Shown here piece by piece: positions 41,411-53,695 of a DNA stretch of 64,000 nucleotides (positions within the stretch are counted from its first letter, which is position 1; each line of letters begins with the position of its first letter). The stretch spans positions 133,176,001-133,240,000 of the forward strand of contig NC_042998.1 of assembly GCF_006345805.1 (NCBI RefSeq). Direction: 5' to 3'. Position numbers and translations under genes: made by a program. The notes under the pieces were generated by a model that ran no database searches, had not been told where the DNA came from, and worked only from the letters and a program-made list of their open reading frames with translations. The DNA is from Octopus sinensis. Lineage: Eukaryota.

Positions 41411-43000
41411 TTTCTGTCATCTTTAATCATAGCAGTGGATTCATTCTGGCAGAACTAAGCGAGACTATTTCTTCGGGTAAACTGGAAAATGTATAAAAAG
41501 ATAAAAACAGAACAGAACTGAATTATTGAAATTAACGGAAATATTAAATCAATATAGAGAAACTAACATAAACAAAGCAAAAAAGAAAACATGTATAAAG
41601 AAGAATTAAAATGAGAAATTGTAGAGAAAATAGTGGAAATTATATCACATCTAAAGCATTCGAAGGTGGCAAAAGCTTAACGGATCAGTTGATTGGATAA
41701 AAGATATGAATACTTTTTTGAAATATATGTTTAGTAAAAACATGAATAAGTTTCGAAGAGAGCTAATTTAGAGAATATGAAAATAAAAGACGTCAACCAC
41801 CGGGGAAATGCAACAAAATAAAGAAGAAAGTCTTTAGCAGAGAATACTGTTGAATCATAAAAATGAAATAAAGCAAAGAAGCAAAAAGAAAACCTAACTG
41901 AGGAAGAAATTCAGACAAAAAATAAATCGGAATGAAAGATAAACGGAGATTAAAGAGAAACCTCCACCTGGTCGCTCGGGCAGTTAGATAAAGTAAGGAT
42001 ATTTCCCTCATATCATTACAACGGACTCTGTTATAACAAAAACTCGTGAAACATTTTAGTTTACAGTTCTTACAGTTCATAGGCAGATCTGGAATGTCTT
42101 TTGTTTGTGGATTGCTTGAGCAGATATTACCTGAGTCTAAACAATAGAAACTATAATGATAAATTTCATAACTTCGAAATAACACGGATTCTACACGAGA
42201 ATTTCGTCAAAATATTTTTACTATCACTGAAGCATGAAACATATTTCAACGTATTCAGAACTTACCTTGACTTTAAAGAAGCAAAAAATTATTTATAAAT
42301 CTTCTGAATGTTTTCCTTTCAACGTTCTTTCTTTCAAATAATGATATTTATGTAATTACTGGCCATTACCGTGATGTTTGAAAAATATCGAGGGAATATT
42401 CCCTCCGTACAATTCAGTGTTTTTAATTCAGATATACAAAAATCAAAATTAGAGAAAAGCGACGTATGAATAGATCCTGATACTTGTTGTTTTTGCTGAT
42501 GTTTTGTTTTTGTCATCGTCGTCATTGTTATAAGGCTTAGTCCTTGGTTAACCCTTATCATGCTAACCTATATAAATTTAGTAGTGATTACCCGCCTTTT
42601 TATATAGAGAACTAAATTATTCAATGCGTATTGTCTTTACTTAAGATATTAGAATATGATTCAAGGGTAAGTTGATTGCTATTTCTAGCAGTTCTAATAG
42701 CCACAAAAAGGAGTTTTGTCGAGTAAGCTTTTTAGAAAACTCATACAGCATTGAAAAACTTGTACAGCTCTAAAGTATTCATATTGAATATTGTTCACAC
42801 TAATCTTCCACGCATTAAGTCCATTTCCGAGTCCAAGTTTCTTCAATGTAATCCGTAAACTACACACACACACACGCACACGTACACAATGGGCGCAGTC
42901 ACATGACTGGAACAAGTAAATTGTAAAAGGTGTGTGCGTGTGTGTGAGCGTGTGCGTGCGTCTATGTGTGGTTGTGTGTGTGTGAGAATTATCATTATTA

Positions 43001-43077
<77 letters not shown>

Positions 43078-43409
43078 TTATTGTCTTCGCACAGCTTCTA
43101 ACGCTGGAAATGTACTACGGTATTACCTGTGAACTAAGGTAACTCCTTATTTTTCGAGCACCATCCGGTGTATTCAAGTGTTTCCAAGAAGTGCTGTTTT
43201 CTGCAAGTGTTCCACTCTTATTGCAGCTCCTATTTGTTCCACGTACTTCTCAAGGTTTTTTTACTCATTGTTCCCAGTGCTCCGTCAATTATTGGTACTA
43301 CTACTACCTTTTTCAGCGACCACTACTGCTTAACCTCCCAGGCTAACCTGTTGTATCTATGAACTTTTCTTTCTTCCTTATCGCTTACCTTGTTGTGAGC
43401 TGGGCATGC
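43078..43409 (-). mobile_element. R4/Dong-like 3' fragment with (TAA)n tail
   Basis: ACPAHNKVSDKEERKVHRYNRLAWEVKQ.WSLKKVVVVPIIDGALGTMSKNLEKYVEQIG..VEHLQKTALLG (REL endonuclease C-terminus). (TAA)n on both sides. Confidence 0.88.
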
Positions 43410-43463
<54 letters not shown>

Positions 43464-43490
43464 CATTATTATTATTACTATTACTATTAC

Positions 43491-43521
<31 letters not shown>

Positions 43522-43523
43522 GT

Positions 43524-43587
<64 letters not shown>

Positions 43588-43588
<1 letters not shown>

Positions 43589-44535
43589 TTGCCTTTGCAC
43601 AACTTTTATGCCGGAGCTGTACTACGGTGTCAGCTGTTCACTACCAGTGAAGTAAGGTAACACCTCTTAGTCTTCGTGCACCCTCCGGAGTATTCAAGCA
43701 TTTCCAAGCAGTGCTGTTTTCTGCAAGTGTTCCACTCTCATTGCAGCCCATATTTGTTTTTACTTACTGTTCCCAGGGCTCCGACAATTATTGATACCAC
43801 TACCACCCTTTTCATCGACCACAACTGCTTTACCTCCCAAGCTAACCTATCATACCTATCGACTTTTCTTTCTTCCTTATCGCACACCTTGTTGTGGGCA
43901 TACTATATCTATGATCCAGCATAGTATACTTTCTTTTTCAATTAAGACTATGTCTCATCGTCACACTGAATCATAAAATCCGACAGGATCTTTGCATTAT
44001 CATTTTCGATGAGGCTTCTGTTTCTCATCCTTAACAGCCCCATCACCATTCCCCTGTCCCTCCTGCCTTACTTTTCTCCCAACTTCCAACACCTACCTCT
44101 CTGTTTTTAACTCCGACCATCATTTATAGCCCATCCGCAGGGTCTCTCATACTCTCATTAATCCGAGATATTTCAACTCCAGTTCAGTAACCCTTCCTCC
44201 TAATCACTCTGACTTGTTTCATTAGTTTACTTTCTGACATTGGACACATGTCCTTTTCAGTCCCAAATTTCAAGGTATGTCGGCCTAGTTCGCGACTTCT
44301 TTCCAGCTTTGCTCTTTCATGACATTCAATAAGTGTATCGTATTCTTCCTTCGTCCACTTATGCCTGTTCTTGCGCACACCGTGTATGTGATCTATTGTG
44401 ACATAACGACTGCCCGCGGCTAGGTCACTGTCCCTGTTGCGGGCGGTTTCGGACGTGCCGGGCGGGAAACCTTCACCACGATTGGCCTATAACTCCATTC
44501 TCGCCGTTAATTCTTTCATTGTTGTCTTGCATCAT
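43588..44535 (-). mobile_element. Internally deleted R4/Dong-like element (5' and 3' ends, no RT)
   Basis: N-terminal RHKWTKEEYDTLIECHERAK..KLMKQVRVIRRKG is joined near 44020 to LIENDNAKILSDFMIQCD..IEKESILCWIIDI..LQKTALLG. (TAC)n/(TAA)n tail. Confidence 0.8.
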
Positions 44536-44539
44536 CATT

Positions 44540-45290
44540 TTATGAGTCGTTCGTGGGGTTCCAACAAGAGTTGTTATTGAGATCCCATCTCTCTCTATTC
44601 CTCTTTTTATTTGTATATACATGTGCACATGTATGTACATATACATATATATAAATAACGTGCTTGTATTGAGTCACCTCCATAACCACAATGATTATCA
44701 TTATCACAATCGTTCTACCTATAGTATTTAAAATTATCAATAATAATATGGGTCCCGGTATATTGCAGCAGATCTTCGTCATTATTTATTAAATACTCGG
44801 CAAGCGTTCTCCTTTCAATCCTTATACAATGGTCTATACTAATTAGTTCTCAGCCACCATTTTTATCTTTTCGCATACAGTCTGTTTACGTTTGCAGTTA
44901 ACACTTAATACTATCTTTATCGCTTTCTGAATGAATCGTAATCCAAGGATCATTCTCAACTAATTTTTAGTTCCTTTACTGGTCATTTCAAGTGCTCCCA
45001 CAATCACTGGCACTGTACATGTCTTCAGATGCTGCTTTTGATCCAACTACTGTCGTCATCTGACCACTGTTCTCCTATGGTTTTGTTTTCTGCTTGGGCA
45101 GTGACATTACTAATGTCACTGGGGGCCTTTGTGTTCAGAGTTAATTTTCCACGGATAATCGTCTCTTATTGTATGCTATTTTTGTTTTCGTATCTTAAGC
45201 GCCCCAAACTTATTGTAGAAACTAGTTTTATTTGTTTTCAAAGTTTAATTTCTGAGCATATCGCTCTTTTTCTCTATTTAAAATGAGACA
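44540..45290 (-). mobile_element. Mosaic of R4/Dong-like fragments (second subfamily)
   Basis: YAQKLNFENK..FYNK (pre-RT) is joined to TVPVIVGALEMTSKG..IQK (C-terminus), followed by LISIDHCIRIERRTLAEYL (post-RT). Confidence 0.6.
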
Positions 45291-45302
45291 CGTTACATTT
45301 TA

Positions 45303-45343
<41 letters not shown>

Positions 45344-45360
45344 TATTATTATTATTATAA

Positions 45361-45900
45361 TTCTTGAGTGACAGAGCAGTGCATGCCATTGAAGTGACAC
45401 TGGGGTAAAATATACGAAGCCCAGTATACCCATTATGACTACCCGTCTTATAAGGGTACTCCAGGTACATGCATCACAACCATATGTGTGCGATATGGGA
45501 TCTCATATCAAGATAAACAGCACATGACCTTGAAAGTGGGGGCCCAGTTAGAATTTTCTTCAGGTTGAGTAGCCCATCCCGCTCAAGATGTCCTGAATAA
45601 AGGTTGTTTAAGGATGTTGAACAAAACACCCATGCTTCCAAAGGTGAATTACCCAAACCCCAAAGAATTCCTATCGGCACATGGCTATGCTTCTGCTTGT
45701 GATCAGAGATGCACATATCAGCCACTAAGGGACATGGTCAACTGGTTAAGGTTAAGCAACTGACAAGTAAGTCTGTGGTATTAAGCAGAATATTTGCTGT
45801 TGCCCGTCTTTTATACCAAGACATAACAATGTACATGATAACACTTCCAATCAGTTAAGATCAGAAGTCATGAGAGCCACTGCTTGGTATTGCATCAGGG
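45361..45900 (-). mobile_element. 540-bp non-coding element embedded in (TAA)n
   Basis: Complex sequence bounded on both sides by ATT arrays, with no long ORF. Its left end recurs as a stub at 45969-45992. Confidence 0.7.
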
Positions 45901-45921
45901 TATTTATTATTATTATTATTA

Positions 45922-45968
<47 letters not shown>

Positions 45969-45969
<1 letters not shown>

Positions 45970-45992
45970 TGAGTGAGAGAGCAGTTCATGCC
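45969..45992 (-). mobile_element. 24-bp stub of the preceding element inside the (TAA)n array
   Basis: ctgagtgagagagcagttcatgcc versus ttgagtgacagagcagtgcatgcc at 45364-45387. Confidence 0.8.
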
Positions 45993-46051
<59 letters not shown>

Positions 46052-46073
46052 GTATTAGTATTATTATTAGTAT

Positions 46074-46135
<62 letters not shown>

Positions 46136-46387
46136 TTATTGTTCTTATTATTATTTCGATATGGCATAGCAACACTAATAACCTGGTGTTAGAACTCAAT
46201 ATGCATATGCTTCAGAACAAAGCGTCAGAGCAAAAATCAGATGAGGCTATAAGATTATACACAAGCACTCGACTATGAAACCATTGCTTCTCACAGCTAA
46301 TGAAGTTCATGACACAATTTCTTATTCCCTTGTCTCCATTTGACTCTATATATTCTTTCCTTTATATATATATATATATATATATTG

Positions 46388-46520
46388 GACATTCCTCTGT
46401 TTCCGAAATGAGCGTCTGCTCGAAACGTTAAACCAGCTTCCTCTCCTTCCCTGAGCGCCTACTAATACTTTACATGTAAATACGTTCTCGTGTTATTGCT
46501 TTTTTGTGTTTGTTCTTTTT
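46388..46520 (+). mobile_element. Family C-related Penelope-like repeat
   Basis: GTTT-CCGAAAT-GAGC-gtct-GCTC-GAA-ACGT-T-AAAC scaffold followed by cttccctgagcg..actaatac. Confidence 0.55.
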
Positions 46521-46536
46521 TGGATTTACTATATAT

Positions 46537-46566
<30 letters not shown>

Positions 46567-46567
<1 letters not shown>

Positions 46568-46918
46568 GGTGTGGCTATGTGGTACGAAGCTTGCTTCCCA
46601 AGCACATGCTTCCAGGTGTGTATATATGCGTGTGTGTGTGTGTGCTTGCGCGCGTGTGTATGTATGATTGGTGTGTATGTATGTGTATCTATGTGTGTGT
46701 GACATTGTATCTTTTGTCTGTGTTTGTTTCCCCTCACTGCTCGACAATCGGTGTTGTTGTGTATCTGTAACTTACCGGTTCGGTAAAAGTAACCGATAAA
46801 ATAAGTACTTCACTTTAAAAAAACATAAGTCTTAGGGTCGATTTCTTCGACTAAAGGCGGTGCTCCAGCATGGCCGCAGTCAAATGACTGAAACAAACAG
46901 GAAAAAGAATAAAAGAAT
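46567..46918 (+). mobile_element. SINE family A, internally deleted
   Basis: Head aggtgtggctatgtggta..gcttgcttccca, then (GT)n hinge, then tail cgactaaaggcggtgctccagcatggccgcagtcaaatgactgaaac. Confidence 0.85.
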
Positions 46919-46990
46919 ATATATACACACACACAGAGATAAAGCGGGGAGATAGAGGTAGACAGACAGACAGTTAGTTAGTTAGTTAGT

Positions 46991-47095
<105 letters not shown>

Positions 47096-48066
47096 GTTCT
47101 TGTGGAAAACATATAGAAATGTGCAGTAAGACAAATATTAAATATTCGAGCTATTATAGGAAGTCTCTTCATAGTGGCTTGATAGAGAAGAAAATTTACG
47201 CTAAATCTTCCTCTAATTACACCCTACCTCACAAAAAAGATTACTATCAAAGAAATGCATTATCTGAAGTGATAACGAAATTGTCACGGAAAGGAAACTC
47301 GTAATCTTAGTTGAAAACTCGCAGTCGATTTCTGTTCACCCATGTAGGATTTTCACATACTTGTAAACGTTTTAAATTTATTTGCTAGCTTGTATTATTT
47401 TTATTATACGGCAACCAAATCTCACACAATTACAGTCTTAAGAAAAGAGAAAACATTGATTACTATTCCTAGATACACTATTTGTAAACCCAAGATGGGG
47501 TGGTCATGGATAAGAGACCTTTGATCTCGCAGGTTTCACTTAAGACGAGTAAGTATCCACAACAACAACAAACTATTGTTCCTATTCATCTTGCTGTGAA
47601 ATCAATATATTTGTGGGTATAACCCGCTGCAGGTGGTTTAACAAACAACCTCACCCAATAATAATAATAAAATAATAATAACAACAACAACAACAATACA
47701 ATAATAATAATATCAAGCAATACGGCTTATGATAGCGCTAAGCAGAGATATGTAAATCCAACTTCTAGAAGTCAGTTCCGACATGATTCAGCAACCCAAT
47801 CCTACAGACGCCCTCGGCGTCAAGAGTGTGTATGTGATTGTTTGATTTTATTTCGATTTGTTTAATAATTCAGAAGCACATAATTGATATAGACACAATG
47901 CACACACCTGCAAGCTAGACACCCCTTCCACAAGTATACATACATGCACACATGCATTCGGACAAATAGAAGCACCTACACGCACATGCACACACACACA
48001 CACGAACGCACACATTGGAAGAAGCGCCTGCATACACATGTGTTCTATATATGCATATATATATGT

Positions 48067-48099
<33 letters not shown>

Positions 48100-48444
48100 T
48101 ATATATATATAAATATATGTGTATATGTATACACATATACACATATATACAGATATATACTTGTGCATTATATAAGCGTACGTATATATATACATATATG
48201 TAGATATACAGATACATATATACATACATACATACATACACACACACATATATATACATGTAGATATACAGATGCATATATACATACATACATACACAAA
48301 CACATATATATACATATATATATATATATTATATATATATATGTGTGTGTGTGTGTGTTGTGTGTGTGTGTGGTGTGTGTGTGTGTGTGTGCGTGTGTAT
48401 GCATGTATGTAGATATGCAGATGCATATATACATACATACATAG

Positions 48445-48536
<92 letters not shown>

Positions 48537-48723
48537 CATATGCGTATGCGTGTATATGTGTGCGTGCATACATGAATATATTCCTACACAGGTAGGCGGA
48601 TCGTGTAATAGATAAAAAAGTAAGAAACATTTTTTTAAATGCATACGGATACAAATATTGATATGTGACTATACTTATATATACATATAAACATATTTAT
48701 GCACACACACAAACACACACATG

Positions 48724-48759
<36 letters not shown>

Positions 48760-48773
48760 ATAATATATATATA

Positions 48774-48806
<33 letters not shown>

Positions 48807-49801
48807 GCAGTCATACATACATGCATAACATACAGATACATGCATGTAGATATACATGTATGCATGTACAGTTATATCAGTTTTGAAGTGCTAAGTTATT
48901 TTTGCCCACTGGTGTATCTTTTTGTTATCGCAAGAAGCCTTGACAGGGAAACTGTGCATGCTTGATTACCTCCACAAACTCATCAGCCACCGTGGGAAAG
49001 AGCAAGCAGCTGCACATGATATGCGGAATACGAACACCGTTACGCTATAAAATACAAAGCTCTCTGAAGATATTGCAATGATTAGAGAGACATATCTCTT
49101 CTTAGTGTATCAGCTTATTAAATTCGAATAAATTTGTAAAAGTTTCACAACCATGCACACTGTACACATCTGCAGTTACAATTTGGTTTCCTAACCTAGA
49201 GATCCAACACAGTCCATTTTCACTGAGTTAGCTTCAAGAATAAAGTACAGAATTAGCAATTGTTTCTATCCTGTATTGATTTGAAAAAAATGTTCGACAT
49301 TACAAGGAGTGTGATTTGTTATCCCTCATTGGGTGCTCACCTAAACTGCAAAGCATTATAGATTACATGAAGTGTTTATTTTTTTCCATGAAACACCATC
49401 ATTTAGAAATATGCAAAACTTTTCTCAAGTTTAAATGTGACACCGGGTTTTTTGCTATCTACTTTCAAGCGAGAGAGCTTTGTATCTTTGTTAGAAAACA
49501 ACTCCTTCCTCAGCGGAAGAATTTAAATAATCAAAAACAAAAGAGATACGCATATATATAAATGAATGTATATATGTTTAAATGTATAAAGTTGATAGTC
49601 TGCCCTGAGTTTCGGTCTGACATGCGATGTTTATGACTAAGGTAGAGAAGAGGAGTCTGAGTCTTTATACTTGTTATATGTACATGTATGTATGTGTATA
49701 TATATGTGTGTTTCTCTGTGTGCGTGCGTATGTTTGTGTGTATCTGTATATGTTTATACATATATACATACTTAAATATATGTATATCCATCTATATATA
49801 T

Positions 49802-49975
49802 AGTGGCCATGATTGGTCACAAAATCCACAAGTTCTTCTTATTCTCTCTCTGTTTATTACATCGTGTTCTTCTGTTGAAGAGTGTAGGCTCGAAACGTAA
49901 AAGACTTTCTCACTTTCCCGAGCATCAAACTAATACACCTGCTAGTTTTTCATACACCTGCCTTCGTCTTTTGTT

Positions 49976-49982
<7 letters not shown>
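49802..49982 (+). mobile_element. Family C Penelope-like repeat
   Basis: ttctgttgaagagtgtaggctcgaaacgtaaaagactttctcac..actaatacacctg..cttcgtcttttgtttt. Confidence 0.8.
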
Positions 49983-50020
<38 letters not shown>

Positions 50021-50027
<7 letters not shown>

Positions 50028-50220
50028 ATTTACAAATGGTCATGTTGCCAGTTTAGCCAAGAAAAACATATATAAAATATATAAAAATATATAAACGTAA
50101 TATATATATATGTATTATTGCTATATATATATATATTGTTGTATTTACGAATGGTCTTGTTGCCAGTTTAGCCAAGAAAAACACATATATAAAATATATA
50201 AAAATATATAAACGTAATAT
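50021..50220 (+). repeat. Two-copy tandem duplication, period ~115 bp
   Basis: ttgttgtatttac.aatggtc.tgttgccagtttagccaagaaaaac...aaacgtaata at 50021 and 50136. Confidence 0.9.
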
Positions 50221-51357
50221 ATATATATAGGTTAAAGTAGTGAGGAAAGGCAAACAAGTAGGTAAGGCATTACAAGGACATTTCATTTCATTTATTTCAA
50301 TCAAAATTTAGCTACATAACGAACAGTAAAAAATAGTAAAAAAATAGTCCCTGACAGCTCTTTCTGAGATATCCCAGCTATTAGAGCATCGTATCGAACG
50401 AAGACTCTGTAATTTGGGTATACTGTCATCGGAGAAATATAAGTTAGACAAGGGAAGTAAGTACCTTATCAATGGTCTTTGTTATGATTCATTATGTCCA
50501 AGAGGGTAGGAGGGTCCACTTAAATCCAGCTAGATCGGGTTTTCTTTTGGTAGATCCATGATCAGAAAGGATGGTTGGGTACACCATAGTGAGAGGAAGG
50601 AAATAATGGTTATGCAGTACTCCATATTAAAGGAAAGGGAATGCTTGCAGTTCCAAAGTTGTGCAAATACCAAGAGGAGAAATTGAAAAATCCATTCCGG
50701 TGAAAGATAGGTAAGAGGTTTGCATTAAATGTATATTGTTCACTATATTGAGGGATATTCACCCCAGAGGGAGAATGAACGCTAACATTTCCAAAGTTGT
50801 GTGAATACTAAATGTTGCAAGATCAGTGACTGTGTGTCACTGGTTTTCTATATATCGCCAGCTGAAGTGAACTAATGCTATCTCTACCAGACGATTATCC
50901 ACCACCGAGGATGACCATAAAAAGCTCGAAACCGCATGGTCTGGTGGTCTCGTGGCTTGAAGATGGTAATGGTTCACTCTCTTGATTGCAATATATGTCG
51001 GGTGACGATTGCATCGAATAACCAGCTGGAGGAGTCGTCCTCCTGGGGTTAAAAGTAGCAGTAACGTCGGTTCCGACAGATCAGCCAAGTGGCGGTAAAC
51101 ATTCCGTGTGTGTGTGTGTGTATGTGTACATTGTTGAGATTCGGATAAAAACTGCAGAAAGCTGTTCTCGAGGATCTAACAAAAAAATTTGGTTAAACAA
51201 TCATTTAGGGAGGTGCATTTAATACAACATTTCACCTATGCACTACAGGTGAGAGAATGTGCCGAAACAAGTGTACTGATGTTAAATAAAGTATGACGTT
51301 CATTCCATTTTCTTTCATTTGCTTGTGTTGGACCACTGAAATCTACAAGTCTTTTTC

Positions 51358-51512
51358 ATTCTCTCTGTGTTTATTTACTCATGTTCCTTTCTGTTGAAGA
51401 GTGTGGGTTCGAAACATAAAAGACTTTTTTCATTTTTCCCGAGCGTCAAACTTATGCACTTGCTTATTGTTCATTCACCTGTCTTTCAATTGTTTTTCTA
51501 TAAATTTCAACT
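51358..51512 (+). mobile_element. Family C Penelope-like repeat
   Basis: gttcctttctgttgaagagtgtgggttcgaaacataaaagac..cccgagcgtcaaac..cacctgtctt..ttcaactata. Confidence 0.75.
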
Positions 51513-51521
51513 ATATATTTA

Positions 51522-51588
<67 letters not shown>

Positions 51589-52248
51589 TCTTTGCTTGAC
51601 CTTCCCTTCTTTCCCTATCTCTCTCTCTCTCACTCCTCCTCATCTCTCTCACAGTCGGCCAAATACTTCCTTTCGCCTGCGGCCTCCTAACTGTAAGCAC
51701 ACGGTTTTTCTTGCGCTCTCAGAATCTTCCTCGTCTAGGCCAAAAAAGGCCCTCTTCGTTTGTTTTCTTGTTTGTTTTTATTTCTCGTATTGTATTTTTT
51801 TTGTTTGTAATTGCATTTTTATTTTGTATTTTATTTTGTATTTTATTTTGTAATTTTATTTGTATCGTTTTTACGTCCTGTTTGTGTCACATTTTTTTCT
51901 TCCTTGTTTTACCCCTCTGCGAAGTAATTTTATTTAATTCTTTCGCAAGAAGGGCTAGTTCGAAGAGTCGTGTTCTGTCCTCACCTTCGAAACACGCTGG
52001 AGTTGAACTAGGGACAGCTGATGAAGGGGATTTTTCCTTGTGTAGTTTGTCTTGTACTCTGTTTTTTCGTTGTAAAAAAATGGTCCGTTCCATGCTTGTT
52101 TTTACGTTTTCGTTTCTCGTTGAGTTCTACGTCTATTTGTGGTGTCCTGTACTCATGTATATATATTTATATATGCATGTATATATACATGTAGATGTAG
52201 GTACGTACATATATGTATGTGTGTATGCATATATTTTATTTATTACAC

Positions 52249-52309
<61 letters not shown>

Positions 52310-52926
52310 CATGTGTGTGTGTGTGTTTTTATATATATGTATGTATGGATATAAGAGAGAATGGAAGGATGAGGATTAATAAGCGAAAATGCATGAATAA
52401 TTTGACAGAATAAAATCTATTCTATTGATTTCAAATAAAGAATGTTCATTCCATTTTCTTTCAGTTGTATATATATATATATATAGAAAAACAAGACAAG
52501 GTGAATGAACAACATACATATGTATATATGTATGTATGCAATTATGCATGTATATATGTATATATGTGTGAGTCCATATATATATAACTACATACATACA
52601 TGCATACACACATATACATACACGCACATACATGCATACACACACTTACACGCGCACACACATACATACATACAGCTATCGATATAAGAGAGAATAGAAA
52701 GGTAAGAGTTAAGAGTTAAAAATGTCTGAATGGTTTAGTTGGTGGAAGATTAAAAGTAAGATTTGAGCGTAAGATAAATAACGAAAGGATAAAAGTGCAT
52801 GCAGCACACCAGACAGTAATAGAAATTACTAGAAAGAAAATACCATTCCAAAGGATGTTTTGGTAAACTCCCTTGTTCTACTCGCTGTTTCTTTTTTAAC
52901 ACAAACTTATATACTCTTTACCCTCT

Positions 52927-53335
52927 CTTTTACTCTTTTACTTGTTTCAGTCAATTGACTGCGGCCATGCTGGAGCACCGCCTTTAGTCGAGCAAATCGA
53001 CCCCGGGACTTATTCTTTGTAAGCCCAGTACTTATTCTATCGGTCTCTTTTGCCGAACCGCTAAGTGACGGGGACGTAAACACACCAGCATCGGTTGTCA
53101 AGCAATGCTAGGGGGACAAACACAGACACACAAACATATACACACACACACTTATATATGTATACATATATACGACAGGCTTCTTTCAATTTCCGTCTAC
53201 CAAATCCACTCACAAGGCATTGGTCGGCCCGGGGCTATAGCAGAAGACACTTGCCCAAGATGCCACGCAGTGGGACTGAACCCGAACCAGGTGGTTGGTT
53301 AGCAAGTTACTTACCACACAGCCACTCCTGCGCCT
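52927..53335 (-). mobile_element. Full-length tRNA-derived SINE family A
   Basis: Head GGCGCAGGAGTGGCTGTGTGGTAAG (A-box-like), GGTTCAGTCCC (B-box-like), a CORE-like TTGGGCAAG, an internal (AT/GT)n hinge and a (GTAAAAGA)n tail. Confidence 0.92.
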
Positions 53336-53460
53336 ATATGTACATAATAATAGTTTTATATATATATGTGTACGTGCATGTATGTGTGTGTAGTATATGT
53401 GTGTGTAGTGTGTGTGTGTTTGTGCGTGTGTGCATGTATGTATGTATAGAATCACCTATA

Positions 53461-53695
53461 TATTTCTTTACTGCCCACAAGGGGCTAAACGTAGAGGGGA
53501 CAAACAAGGACAGACAAACGGATTAAGTCGATTACATCGACCCCAGTGCATAACTGGTACTTAATTTATCGACCCCGAAAGGATGAAAGGCAAAGTCGAC
53601 CTCGGCGGTATTTGAACTCAGAACGTAACGGCAGACGAAATACGGCTACGCATTTCGCCCGGCGTGCTAACGTTTCTGCCAGCTCGCCGCCTTTA
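53461..53695 (-). mobile_element. Full-length tRNA-derived SINE family B with 11-bp TSD
   Basis: TSD AATCACCTATA at 53450-53460 and 53696-53706. Head GGCGGCGAGCTGGCAGAAACGTTAGC, B-box-like GAGTTCAAAT. Confidence 0.93.

Larger units (their letters stand above)
42990..46145. repeat. Series of (ATT/TAA)n and (AGT/ACT)n arrays interleaved with retroelements
   Basis: Arrays at ~42990-43077, 43410-43588, 45303-45360, 45901-45968 and 45993-46145. Confidence 0.95.

Noticed and set aside
48880-49300. Possible KDZ/Zisupton-like transposase remnant (KFHNHAHC)
   Set aside because: A single short motif amid stops, which is insufficient.
50340-51090. Possible CR1/L2 endonuclease remnant on the minus strand
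   Set aside because: Only vague similarity (YPNYRVFVRYD), with no diagnostic motif recovered.
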